From positions 17,394,912 through 17,458,911 of the forward strand of contig NC_092675.1 in the NCBI RefSeq assembly GCF_964355755.1: DNA of 64,000 nt, read 5' to 3'. Below are positions 1 through 14,400 of this stretch, in pieces. The position numbers and the translations under genes were made by a program. The first letter of the stretch is position 1. Every line of letters begins with the position of its first letter. The stretch is from Antedon mediterranea. Taxonomy: Eukaryota; Animalia; Echinodermata. The notes under the pieces were generated by a model. That model ran no database searches. It was not told where the DNA came from and saw nothing but the letters and a program-made list of their open reading frames with translations.

Positions 1-282
1 ACGGTAATTTTATAAGTTCATGCTTTTGTTTGTAATATTTAAATGTCTAGTTTTCCCCCATGTAATCTTATCGCGGTGTGCTGCGTTGGTTGATTTTTAA
101 TGAATTTTTAATTAGATTGTAACTGACAAAATCCAGAAGTAAATACCGTTAGTTTGCTGTTTATATTCATTTATATAATCCTATAGCCTACCACTTACCT
201 ATTGAAGTCTAATTTAACACAGAAAGATTGAGGAATTTGAAGCTGCCAACTCAAGTCTCGACATTAGGGTTGGTGATTACCC

Positions 283-577
283 TGCCAAAATACGCAAGAA
301 TTTTGCAAAAATACGCTAATTGAGGGCGCTATGCTTTGCCAAAATACGCAAATCATGCCAAAATACGCAAATTGAGGGCGCTATGCTTTGCCAAAATACA
401 GAGCCATATTTATATATATGGCTCTGCCAAAATACACAAATCATGCCAAAATACGCAAATCTGCTTTGCCAAAATACACTAATCATGCCAAAATACGCAA
501 ATTGAGGGCGCTATGCTTTGCCAAAATACACAAATCATGCCAAAATACGCAAATCTGCTTTGCCAAAATACACAAAT
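283..577. repeat. Complex tandem repeat built on a GCCAAAATAC(G/A)CAAAT core
   Basis: About a dozen copies of gccaaaatac, interleaved with tgagggcgctatgcttt, catg and ctgcttt spacers. Confidence 0.9.
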
Positions 578-3500
578 ATTCCCAAAGGTTTTCTGAACCA
601 ATTTTTTGTTTGCATTATATATTGTAATTATTTGTACTCATAATATAACACTACTACTACTACAGTACATTCTTAAATTCGATACGCGTTACCTGATATT
701 CTGGCTTCCTGGTCTAAAAGGTACTTTTTACTTGGAGCTCTATTGAAGAACACACATTTCCTTCATTTTCTTATTTAAATGTTATATCTTTCACAAGTTT
801 TCTGCATTGTTTTAAAAATAGTATCGTGCGGTACTTCCGCGCCAAATTCCGCGAGAGCTAACTTAGAAAGTTGGTGGTAAAGTATTATTTTTTTATAGGA
901 AACATTTTACTCAATATAAACTTAAAAATATACATTATACATTATTATAGGATTTATAGATGGTGATAATATAAGTGATTTGATAGAGTACTGTATATAT
1001 TATTATGGTAGCAGCAGACATGTAAACAAAGAGAGGACCATGTACTGTTAGTTTTTTTGTCATTTTCTTTTTTTTGTCTTATGTATAGGATCGACCCACT
1101 TTTATTTCTTCATCAATAAAATGTTCGTTTACAATGCATTGCACATGAGTAATGTAATGATACAATACAATATAATTGACATTAAATAACTTTCAGTACA
1201 TCTGATATCTCACTCCGACCATTGCATTTTATATATAATAGTATAAGGAAAGAAGAAAAAAAATGTCCTCTATGTTATACACTCTTTACACGTTTTTCAA
1301 TCCTTAACAATGTACGTATAATTTACCACAGAATTCTTTATTTTATAACTCTTTTTATCTCTTTCAGGCAATCAAAAAAAAGTTATATTTTACTTTACCT
1401 AAATATCAATTTTATAAACGTTAATTTTATACCTTGCTAAATTGTTACGGTCCATATCTGACCACATTTTTGTTGCCTTTTCTTTATTTATTAAAAACTC
1501 ACAATTGATTATACCTTCTAACTCCGCAGTGAACATTAACCATGGACATTTTTTAACAAGTCCTACTAGTCTGTGTTTGACTTTACTTTTATAAACACAG
1601 AAAGTTAAAATGGAAAATATTTTTGTCATTTTCTTGGTGGTACTGTCGGGAAGATGAACCGCGAGTGTTGGGTAAAGCGGATAGTAGGCCTACCCTAGAC
1701 TTTGAGTTTCGTAGTAAAGTTAATGTAGTATAGATAACATATTTTTAATTGTTATTACCTGAAAACTTAAATAAAGAGTCTTTTTACCAACCATAATGAG
1801 CCATATCTCGCGTCGGTTTTGTTTTTTTTTTCTATTCTCAAAATCTAATTTGTTATATAGTAGATCTAAATTGAGTAAATTGTAAAATATGTAACAGGAA
1901 TGATTATCTTGCAACAACATTGAGAAGGCTCTGTGTATTATATTAGCGTAGGGAGTAGCGCCCCCAAACGGTTTGTTATGATTCCATACCCGACTTACAG
2001 TAGGATAACCTGAGACAACTACTGTATTGTCCCTGGGATAACAGAGAATAAAAATTTCTCCCAGTATTCTATTGCCTAATACGATTCAACCACCTGAGTA
2101 GGCCTACTAGTAATGTTTAAGAATGTATTGTATGAAATCTGGACTTAACAGATATAAAGTATGAGTACTAGTAGGCCTATTGATTGATGGATTTTAAGTT
2201 TTATTCTTATATTGTCATGTTTATGTTGGTATGAAATAATTTCTTCACGCTTAGGAGCCGTTCTCATATTTAGTGTCTGCAAAACATTTATTACAAATGG
2301 TACACGTGAGATACAAGTCGGGAACTCGAACGTCAGTGTGATATAGGGAGTGGGGAGGGGGCACCATATAAGACGTCCTTTCCGATTAGCCACATATATA
2401 TATATTGCACATGCCCTGGCCTCTAATTAGGTTTGTTGTAAACTCATTCTGTCTATCAAAAAAAAAAATCTAAACAAAATCAACAATAATACAAACTGTC
2501 TGATATTCTATATCATTAAGTGTTACCGGTAAATATCAAGGGAAGAACATATGATATTGTTTAGCAACAGACTTAATTTTAACTCAGTGTCTGTGTTATT
2601 ACAAATTGAAGAATGTTGCCTCCAGCAACTGGGTTGAGTTGACTTGATTTGAAATGAAGAAACGTTCAATTCAGATTACAGTTTTAGTTAAGAGAAGCAT
2701 CACATGAATATTTTGATTTAATAGACACACTTTGACCCGGTCGAATATACTGTAAAAATAAGGACACTAAAACATTATTCTTAACTGAATGCTAACATAA
2801 AAAAACCGCATAAAATAATCGAGATAATGCCATTCACTATCAAATCATAGAATAAATTGATGTGACATAGTGTAGGATTTCTGTACCAAACAGTCCCACA
2901 ACTTCGACCCATCAATCGATCTCCAGCGTAAAATGTTGATCGTGCGTCCAGGGATAAGATCACGCCCAACACAGCGGACTCATAGGTGGGTGTGGTGTCA
3001 ACCCGCAAAAGTCTCTTTTGAAAAAAAGAAAAGAAATATTAAATAATGATGCAATTAAGAGAAACACAACAACTTACGCAAAAAACTTATCACCCCCAGG
3101 TGAGGTTTGATGCTTCGAAATAATTGTTGTTTACGTTGAAATATATTAGTAGCGCAGTATGTTATCGGTACTTTATTCCGAAATGGCTGACTCATCTGAA
3201 TTGTGAAAGTTTCAAGATCAATTCTTACAAAAATTAATGGCAGTAGTACGTCATTTTACAGTATTTGTAAAATGGTAGCAAAGTAACTACAGTTTTGCTT
3301 CAAATAAAACCTCTAAATCTTGAAAAAAATGGGTAAACTTTCAACGGCTTTAGATCTGTGCTACTAATAAACTCACTTTATGACATTTCAGATCATTGAA
3401 AAATTGGACTTAATTTTCAAATGAAAACAACACAAACACACACGGTAACATTTTTATTTATGTTTGAAATATAAATTCGTAAGAAAGTTCCAATGGATAT

Positions 3501-3724
3501 TCACTGGACTCGATTCCGCCACAATGACAAATGTTTTTAGTTTAGATGACAGTGAAAGTTATATTTACTTATTCGTATACCAAAGTGTAGTAGTAAAAAT
3601 AATGTTCCCGACTGTGACTTCGGAATGTCAGGAACTCTGAGAAATGACAGACGGGGACGAGTCAACCCTAGGAGAGCTCGGAAAAATAATCTAATCGTCT
3701 CGCATTTCCAACTCTGCGCGGGGC

Positions 3725-3980
3725 AAGTGCCAATAACAACAGCATTCTGCTTATTAATTCAACACTGTAGGGGGCGGGCTCCTCTATCATTTTGTTGATA
3801 TCCACAAGTTTCGCAAGAGTTTGGAACTACAGGTCAATTTAAAATTTCTGAAACCCAAATCCAGTTATCTTCCAACTGCACTCAGCTCAACTGGAAATAA
3901 TGCGGACAGTTTGAACTGATTTATTACGTAATAAGTGATGGACAGATAATTGCTCTATTTTTTACTAGACCCTCAGAGGT
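3725..3980 (+). promoter_or_regulatory. Putative promoter and 5'UTR of the mosaic gene
   Basis: CCAAT (~3730) and GC box GGGGCGGG (~3771) in a locally GC-richer stretch ~330-370 bp upstream of the ATG. A possible 5'UTR donor cagag|gtaatg lies at ~3978. Confidence 0.3.
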
Positions 3981-4098
3981 AATGGTTAACCAGCGATTTG
4001 TTTAGGCCTACATGGTAGATTTTTAAAAGGAAAATTTATCTTTGTCATAATCTTTCAAGATATTTTTTGTTCGTTCTCAATCTTATCTTTCGCTTACA

Positions 4099-7000
4099 AT
4101 GTGGATGTTTGGTGAATTGTTGACATTGATTGTTTTTCTTCAACTGGGCTATGCTCAACTTGAACCATTAACTTTAAATGTACCGAAGAAAACATTCGTA
4201 GTTGAAGCTAATGATGAATCGTACGTAGAATATCTTATCGATGTAATAGATGAACTTTTATTATCAAACCCTAATGACGAGGGGAAGTATGTCTTGCAAT
4301 CGTTTTCAGAGTATGGTATGTACATGTGATAGTTATTTACTTCTGTATGTAATTACTACGGTAGGTTAAATTTTCTAACGTACACTTTTAATTGTTTAAC
4401 CATCAGACAATCCCAACCCACTCACTTCAAATAGTAAAATTGCAAACTATACTGTGGGCTGACATGACAAGTTTATATCCCAATAATTGTAGTTACAAAG
4501 ATAATATTTTTCTGTTTCAAAGGTTTATTTATTGTGTGTAGTTCCCAAATCTTCTTTTTGAAAGTAGGCCTAAATCATAGTGCATTCAGATAAGCAAATA
4601 AAAAAATAATTGCTACTGACTCATAAATATTACATTCACTTGAATAATATTATTTTTCTTTTCTTATTTGGGCAAGAATTGTGCATACAGGTAATATGAA
4701 AATAGTTTTTTTTTTATAGAAATGACTAGGCCTATATGATGTTATCTATGAGTAGAACATAAAATAATCTCGCTGCGATAACTAATTTTTCGGCACAGTT
4801 TGGTGCGTAATCGTGCCGTAAAGGTGAACATGAAATAGGCCTATGGCAAGCTATCAGTAGCAATAGATCATTAATAGTCCTGGGGAGAAGAATCTCACCT
4901 TAGCGGTGTCGTTTGATAAGAAATTTACCTGTAAAAGTTAATTTTACGTCGAAGAACCTTGACCCGATGTTGTCAAATTGATGGAAACTGAAAGGTAGTT
5001 TGGTTGTCACAGGCCTGTGTTCGACACGTGCGTGCTACACGTAGGCTTATGACGCAAGATTCAGAGTTACCGCTCATTTAACGTAGACATACTCGTTAAC
5101 AACCATTGGTATAGGCTTATTCTGCTGAGGAATGACCCATTGTTTATATAATTTAAATGTTTTTGTATTCCATAAATATGACAAAAGCTAATGAAAACAA
5201 TCTGAAATGTTTTGATAGCAAGTAATGAACACGTTGAGATAAAAATTAATCATTTAAATTTTGCGATTTTATGGGTGAGATCTCTGTTGGGGTTTTTCTC
5301 TCTAAAGACCGTAATTGAATTGTTAACAGATATGACCTTTTCCAGCAAACACTAATCCAGGACAGATTTGTCTAATAATGATAATTTTAATATCTATATT
5401 GGGGACGTATTATTGATATGTGTTCAATAAACAAGCTAATTTTACTAAGAATGCATTTATAAGGAAATCACAGGGTAAATTAAACATTTGAAGCTGAATT
5501 GAATTTCTGAAAGAAAAACAATAATAAACTATTTAAATTTTACGTGCTAAAAGTAATTTTTCCAAATTACATTTAATTGAGTAAACGTTATTATATGTTT
5601 GATGGGTGGGATATTTTCAGTTGACTAATCTCGACAAGTGGTATCAAGAGTGTTGTGGTTCGTGCTTTTTGTAATATAATTATATTGACAATTACAATGA
5701 ATGTACACAAATTTAGAAGACCGAATGAAATTGCATAATTATATACCGTTTGGATAGGTTGATTCTTAATATCTACACTTATGCTCAGAACACAAAACCG
5801 AACTGTAATCGAGTCACGATACAGAAGAAAGTGAAGTGAAGAACTTGTGCCAAATGCTGCAGCAGCAAATCGAATTATTGAGTGAATGTAGTATGGTGGT
5901 ACTACTGTATGATGATAACAACTTGGTATGAATGTTGAAAGCCATTTTCCAGCAAAGTTATTTCTACTTTATTACTCAGTTTATTAATTTCCATTTTATT
6001 TCACAAAACATTATTGCAAAGTTATATTTACAAAACACAACTATATTATTCTCTTTAAGTCATTAAATATATTGATTGTGAATCTAACATGAATAACGAT
6101 TAATTGTTAGGCTACTGGGTGGTATGATCTGTCTTGGTCACTACGAACATTAGTACTTCCATCAGGCTTCCCGCTGACGTTGTTGTTATTCTTCATATTC
6201 TTAGTGATCTAGCCTGTGGTAATTATTTTCTTTGAAAATGTTTTTGAGAGATGGTATGGAAGTACCCAGGCCCCCGTTTGTATTATTTAAGTTTATTTCT
6301 TATTTCAACATTGAATTCAGCTTCAATTTGTTCTAAATCGTTTTGTAAGTTCAGGTTACACGTGTTTAAATTTATCTTATATTAATCTAACATTTATTAT
6401 CAACTTAATTAAACTTTAGTTAGTGCTTTTAAAAGGCTGTAACAACGAACACACACGCGTACCTATGGGAATAAAGCATTTGTAACATGGTTTTGTCAAG
6501 ACCAATTAAATTCATTCCCAATTAAGTAAAATTACTTTGTTTGTGGTAATGAAAACCAGAAGGAGATTACAACATCAGCACCTGATAAGTCAGGGTATCG
6601 TTAACCGATAGCTTCCAATTTGAATTGGTGAAATTAACCTAGTAACTTTTGATTTATCCCGTGATTACTAAATTAAAATCTTTAATAATTTCGTCGGGTA
6701 CATGTGTACTTTATTACTTACTGCAGGTGCTCTATTGTTGAGTTTTAATCGTTGATTTTCTAAATCTGTCCATCCGTTTTTGTACAGTTGTGTAATGTTG
6801 TTGAAACTTCTTGTTGGTTTCTCCAATTTTTGTCGTCTATAATACACAATCCATTTTTAATATGTCATGAACTCGTCTTGCTTTTGTACACTGATATATT
6901 ATACTGAAAGTTTACAAGGTATTTTAAAGGTATGTCAACTTTGACCTTTAAATATTATTTCTAACATAGGAGATACCTTAGGGTAAGGAAAAAGGATCAC

Positions 7001-10000
7001 ATTCTTTGAAAATAATCGTGTAACTTAGAAACACAAGATCGAAGGTGAATACAAATAATTAGAACTAATATAGGCATATTCTGAATATTTAGAAATTAAT
7101 TATAAAAGCTAAACTTATGCAAAGAATAAAAATTGTTTTGTTGTTTTAAGAATTAACTTGATTTATAAAGTGCATCAAGTTCAGGTGATCAATTAACTTT
7201 AGGTTCGATTAGGAACGGGGTTCTAAAGGAACATCACGTCTATTGCTCCTAGCATACATTCCAAACCAATCAAATTATGGAAAAATGTATGGCTACAAAA
7301 TATATTTACTGTGTAATTGTTCTAATATCTGTCTAATGTCATGGGATTATGTCAAAAAACATTTAATTTCAACCCACTGAGTTTATTAATGAATTATTCC
7401 AATGATATCATATTTCTTTCAACTATTCTTAGACATGTTTGTTTTCACAACCTTAAGTCCATAAAAAACAATTTGGTATTAAAACAGTAAAATCATATTC
7501 TAAGGATAATATTACTTTAAAACAAGTTGCAATATGCTAATGAATATTCTTATATTTCAAATTAAATTACGGAAATGCTTTTATTCGCTACGATTTTGGT
7601 CAATTTAGCTCTATAGGTGTTATATTACGTTACATTACCATTAGTATGAAACACATTCTTTACATATTATGTACAAGTTAACATGGAAACATTGGATTAT
7701 GTATTGCAGAATAAAATCAAATCAGCAAATTAAATTGCAAACAAATTAACATGAGATAATTGAAGTGACAAATACGGCGTCGCAAACTGTGGAGATATTC
7801 TGCATTTCAGATTGGTTAGCATTTAATTTTGCTTAAACCAAACCAAAAGGTACAGCAAATTATAATAACTAAATAAGAAAATTTAATATAGATATTTAAA
7901 ATGTAAATATTAATTATAATAATTATATCGAATTATTTAATACTTTTTTCTCTTTTACATAAACTTGTAGCAAGCTTTATAGCCCTATATCAATTTAGCT
8001 ATAGGCCTATTTTTAGGCCTAATTATCTGGCCATTTGATACAATTTGATAATAAAACAATCAAGGTTTTAGGGCGTTAATATTACATTCGAAAGAATTGT
8101 TTAAACCCACAGCTGGAAAGATTACACGTGTTTGTAATCGCAATGCAATCCTAGTAAGTATCTTAAATACAGTTGAAATTGTTTAATTTTTAAAACTTTT
8201 TATTCCAAAATGTGTTTTTATACGAATAAGATATTTTTATAGAATGCACGATAATTATTTTAAATTTTGTATATATTGAAAAAGATAAAATACAGATATT
8301 TGCAACTAATAGGTAGGCCTATGTTCAGTCATTGGCATAATCTTTGAATTGGTAACATTCCTGGAATTTTCCTGAGATTTGACGTAATTAATATGCTTAT
8401 GATGTATGTCTTGCGAAGTTGTTGTTTGTTCATGTTAAGAAGAAAAATAACTGCATATTATAACTCCATGGGAACACTTAGGAACTATTTTTACTGTATT
8501 AACATAATTCAAATCTGTAACAGAATCCCATTAATTGTAATTATCTTACAAATGGTATTCGAAATGATAAAGTAATAAAATGGTGTTTTTGTATGTTGAT
8601 TATGTTAATTATGGTGTCATAAAATGTGCGTATAAACGTTTGAATGTAGTTTGAGTGTATCATTTTTTTTGTAGTCAGCATTAACCGGACGTGCTGTGAT
8701 TTTATCGAAATACCCAGTACCCCATTTACCTGGATCATTACCAAGTTGCGTTGGTGAAAACCAACAGCGGTAAAAGATGATTGACACTTTTGCAAAAGTT
8801 TTGCGTACAACTTTATGGCGCCGAAGCGAACTTTACCTTTGGTACCGTAGCTTGAAGGAGGAAGTAGTAGGCATGCGTATAAACTCAATATACAGAGTTT
8901 CGTTTCTGTACTGGTTTTGTCAATTTGATTGTCATCTTTCACCACCCTCCTGACACAAGCTCGCTAATATTTGTAAGGGAATTTGACGTTAGCTAGCATA
9001 TTTTTGCGTCAAATCATTAATAGTTCAGTGACATGATTTAATAAATTACATTTATAATGTTGATAACATCACATTTATTTGTTGTCTTTTACTTCATGTT
9101 TTTATAGGAAATGTGAAATAAATAAACATAATTCTCTAACCAAACTAAATTTCAATAGCATGCCGCAACTTATTAAACGTGAATTTGATTATCGGGAAAT
9201 CATTTTTCTATGTTATATGATTCAAGATAACATATCTTAGATTAGTCGATGCTGTTCTGAACAATGTTTGATACCATTCTGTTGTGATTCCTTGCAACAG
9301 GTTCCACGTGATTAATTAAAAAAACAAGACACAAAGACATGATTTAACATTATTTTAACACCATGACCTACTTCAGATGTATTATAGATAACATTATTGG
9401 ATTGGTGTAGGCCTTCTGGAGAGTAACATCTGAACACTGAGAAAACATAGGCTTGGCATGTGTCTCAAATAAAACATCCAGATCTATTCATAGTGCATAG
9501 CTGGGTTCATTTCCGAATATCGTATTCAACAGTTTTGTAATTTTTTGTAATGGGATTAATATATATAATAAGATATTTCCCCGACGGCAGTTCAGATAAT
9601 CTTTGACAGGGTTAAAATACGCCAACATACCGCTTCATCAAAATTTTATACATAAACAAAACTATAACAATATAGAAAATATCTGTTTAAACAACTGCTC
9701 ATTTTTTTCTATGTTAATTTCTTACTGTAATTACCATAATTTTAATTTTTGTTTACAGCAAACTGTATTAAACCTTTCCCAATAGTTATTTTAATATACG
9801 AAAATCGTGTAAATCACAAATTAACAGCTATTTTGATGAACTTCGAGTTTTACAACAAGCGTTCAAACGCGCCATTGATGGCAGAGAAGGCGGCTCATTC
9901 CAAATCTTTATATTATTAGGTACAAAGCGTATTGTACTTTTAATGACATTATTTCGTTCATATTTCTAGATGTTCCAATCCCGATTGAATCAAACAGCTT

Positions 10001-11425
10001 AATTGAAATTCAAGAATCGGTAAGATCTCTAGATGTTTACGACAATCAGAATTGCTCAACACGTGGCATCAAATCTCTGCCGCTGTACAGTGCCCTCAAC
10101 AGTTCTGCTTCAAATTCACTTGTGGTCGTTGTTACCGGAACAGGTGTTGAATCAGATGGAACTTTTATTCCTGAATTATTTGATATTATTCAGAAGAAAC
10201 AGCTTAGGGTAAGTTTAAAAATCTTAACTAATCAATCAATTGAAAGATAATCATACCCAGTCGGTATAAAGTTAACAAAATCAGTTTGCAAGTTGAACTG
10301 TTTTAATTGATATTCTAAAAAAGTTTTAACATTTTAGTAACTAAGCAAATGTTTCTTTCCTTTTGAACATATCTTACTTAAGTTTTAATTTGTAGGTTAT
10401 CTTTGTTGTATCCGATGAATGTTCTGATGGATACCGCAATGGACGTCAGTTAATAGACGAGGTCAAAGAAGTTAGTTCAGGGGTCATATTTCCATTGGAA
10501 ACTCAAAACATTAGCCAGGTTGGAAGCTTCACTTTGTATTTTGTACAACTATATTTTTTTTTTCTCTTTTGTGGCGTGAAAAACCACCTTTATTCTTTCA
10601 TATCATAATTAAATACATTACAAATAAATCAGTAATATCTGTCTTCATATGTTCTTTCTTTAATTATATTGTTTTCTCCTTTTTTCCCCTTAATTTCTTA
10701 CATTTTTCTTTGTATTATTCTGCTCAAAAACAACTATATTTGTTTTTTCAATAATGTAAAAATAAATATCTAAATACTAAATGCTGTTCAGTAAATTTGA
10801 GAATAGATTATTACGGATTATTCTTAAGAGTAAGTTTTTAACTAATATAGGATGTAAAATATCTGTATTTTTCATGTTAATATCGGAATATTATTTTCAA
10901 TAACAGATTATTCGATTCATTCAAATTTTTGATTACGGGGATGACGTCAGTCTTCTATCTCCTACGCTATCGACACCAGGAGTTAGTGCCTACCAATTAT
11001 ACGTTGATGAATCAATTGAACAACTAATAGTGATTTTATCAGGCCTTGAACCAATCATATCAATCTCAGACGTCGACGGTAAGTTTATAATATACATTAC
11101 AGTATAATTTATATACAAAATCACATTATTTTATTCCATATTATGTTAAGACAGTTTAATGTTTGACGTTGTGATTGAAAATAAAAGAGGAATGACACTT
11201 TATTGAGCAGTTATACAATTGAGTCTGAAGTTGTACGTTTACGTTTTGCTGTTTACTTTTAGGTTGTTTACTTTTTATGTTTTTTACTTTTGATGTTTTT
11301 TACTTTTGATTTTATTCTGCTTGTATTTTATATAATGTATTACCTTCTGTTTTGAAAGAATGTACCAATATTAACTCGTTTAAATTTAATTTTAAAAAAA
11401 ACATTTTATCGTAATTGTTTAATTG

Positions 11426-11458
<33 letters not shown>

Positions 11459-14400
11459 GACAATTATTTTTTTATATAATAGTTTTAAATTTAAATGTAT
11501 ATATTAGATTCGTATTAGTTAAGTATAGTTTTATATATTTTGTCATTTTTAAGAGGGCCCCTGAATATCAGCTGGCCTGCGGGTTCAGCTGGAAGGGTTA
11601 CCCTCTATAAATAAAGTTGAAATAAAAAAATAAAAAAAATTTGACGTTTTTAACTTATTAGCGTTTGCTTATTGCATCTCAATTGAAATCAAACAGCTTT
11701 GGTTTTACCTGTTTTTCGATGCATGTAAATAAATATATGTTTCTATGGGATGTAGCAAATCATTATGTTATTAATATATATTTTTAATACGATTCGTTAT
11801 ATTTTATAATTCAATAGGTAAGAAGCTTGAAGCGGAACAGGACTTTGAGTACATCGTTGCTTCCAACAAACTACAGATCATTGTTCTTGAGAACGTTTTT
11901 CCAACTGAATATACACTCAGTGTATTTAGCTCTACTGATAACTTGGTTCAAGTCATTGGATTTGCACCTAGCCCTATTGATATTAGGTTTATGTTTTACT
12001 ATGAGAAGACCATCAATATGACACAGGCATCGGAAAGGCCGTACACAACAGAAGGTAACTTTCTTGCACCAATTACAGGAAAGAAATACATTCTACAAAC
12101 AATTAATAATTGTAACAGTCAATATTTAGTTTATTGTTATACTAATTTTCCAATTAAAGTGAATTATTACGAAGGCGACTAAAAGTTTTATTCATATTTA
12201 TATTCATTAAATAATTTTAATGATTTTTCAACTGACATATATTACTCTTTATTAATTGTGTTTGAAACTATACATTAAACATGCACGTAGTGGTGCAATA
12301 TTTAGTATATCAACATCTCTCTAATGCTTGCATAATATTAATTTTAAGATGTGTTCATATAAAAAAAGATGAACCAACGTTGTATGTCTAAATTTCTATT
12401 TGTTTAAATAATCTCTCTCTTTATTTGTAGGTTCACAAAATGTCATTCTGATGCAAGTTGAAAACACTGAAACTAATGTATGGCACTCCCATGATATTAT
12501 TCAGAAGGTAGAATTTATTTCTTTGGTTGGTGAAGTTCTGCGAAATATTTACATGGACTCATCAAATTTTGTAAAAGAAGAAAACGCAGACCACGCTCAT
12601 TATGTTATGCAAATACGGCCACCAGATGATCATTTCTACATTACGGTACGAGGAGTTAATAAGAATCAACCGTTTCAGAGGTCATCTAAAGTGGCTTTCT
12701 CTCAATGGAGACCAGGTATGATTACATTTTGTATAATTATATCATCATCACAACAAATACTGGTGTAAAGTTAAAAGCACCAATGGCAGGCACAGGCCTA
12801 CACGGAAGATGGGTCTGATTAAGGGTACAGTCGGGCACCATCCAGGGCTTGACAGGGGCCAAACCTCTTCAAAATTGAGGCATCCTTAAAATAATGTCCT
12901 ATACCATGCGTACAATTATAGTAGCTTAAATAATAAGAGGAACAATCCACTACTAGTACTAGACAACAGTGTATATGAAAACATATTTCTCTTGAGTTGG
13001 TCTATAACATTCACTTTCAATCCTTATATATAGGCCTACTGTATACAGATTATGTTGTATATATAGTTGAATTGTTTTGACATGTTGACCTACGTCGACT
13101 TTTTTTTGTAATTGTTATTTTCTATATCATGTTTTTTTTTGTTTTTTTTTTGTATATTTCTCTTGGATGCACCTTCCATTTGGTCGAGTGCCACTGTTGT
13201 AAAAGTGTAATCTCCAAATAAATAATTATTATTATTACCAACAATTTAGTAACGTGAAATAACTGTCAATTTAATACATTATTGAAATGGTTCGTAAATT
13301 GTAATTTTAATTATATTTATTTGGCTCACAAGTTCCGAGCAGACCATCGAGTTTTATCGTATTTGAAGCTGAGGACTGTGATTACGAGGCAATTTGGTAC
13401 GAACCAGTACACACTTTTACCAAATCTTTGATTGCATATCAGTTTTCGTTTGGATTGGACACAGATACACCTATTGAGTTTCTACTACCATCAAATGTAA
13501 CGTCATATCGAGTTAACGAATTGGGTTGGTATTTTATTTATATCTAAGTAATTTATAAAATGTATTTCATATTAGTGATTTATGTTGAAATTAATATGTT
13601 GAGTTAATGTCAAGGCTGTTTTAATCACGGCGCAATCATTGCAATTATTTTATTTTGGTAAAGTATAAGTTTAATTAATTTTGTGAATAAATATTTAATT
13701 TCCATCAATGCTTCAGCGAAAGGTTTGACATACGTGTTTACCGTCGCCGCTGTCAACGAAGCTGGCGTAGGAGAATCACTTTCTGTCACCGTCATAACGC
13801 CTTCTGACAGTAAGTATATATTAACACGGTGTATTAACACACTATGTAATAATACAATACATAACTAATAAAATAATGTGCCATACAATATCTATTGTTT
13901 AAATGAACTATTTTTTAACGAAATTATGTTACAAACATTTGTTACAACTGTATATTGAAAAGAATAAATGTTGTTGTCATAATCAAAATTGAATATACTA
14001 ATATAATAATAGAGCGATTTCGATTTGCGACGAACGTACCTAGGATCTGCGCATGTTATGTCGTTGGTCGTCCTCAGGACCAACTCCACCGAAACCAATG
14101 TCACCACATTCCCACAGTAAATTAACATCACGTAATTAGTTCCTAAGCCCTAGATCATGGAAAATCCATCTTTATGTGACAAAAAATGTGATGTGCCCAT
14201 ATATGCCATATCTGCATGTATCACTACTACCATATTTGGCCACATCACACTTTTTTTTATCAAACTATTTTGATAGTGTAGACAGAGCTTTACACTTTTT
14301 TAAATATCATAAATTGTTCTTATTTTCAGGACCAATTGCACCACCAACAAACATCCATGCCATTCAGGCCACCGATTCGCTTATAGAGATCTCGTGGCAA

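Larger units (their letters stand above)
4099..12715 (+). other. Exons 1-6 of the mosaic gene: hemicentin-like N-terminal VWA domain plus the adjoining hemicentin beta-sandwich region
   Basis: Translated pieces such as ELFDIIQKKQLRVIFVVSDEC, EVSSGVIFPLETQNISQII, VDESIEQLIVILSGLEPIISISDVDG and IDIRFMFYYEKTINMTQASERP are collinear with hemicentin-1 as I recall it (EVLQLIQQKQSQVVFVLTGDC, STSSGQVFHLDKKQV, DPSLKEVTVSLSGPSP, IDFRAGFSRKPTLDF..SRP). Confidence 0.75.

Noticed and set aside
320-627. Short ORFs 320-505 and 388-627
   Set aside because: Artefacts of the tandem repeat.
8541-8945. 134-aa - strand ORF as a stand-alone gene
   Set aside because: GTG start and no recognisable domain; part of the region is better explained as the first exon of the candidate nested transcript, in another frame.
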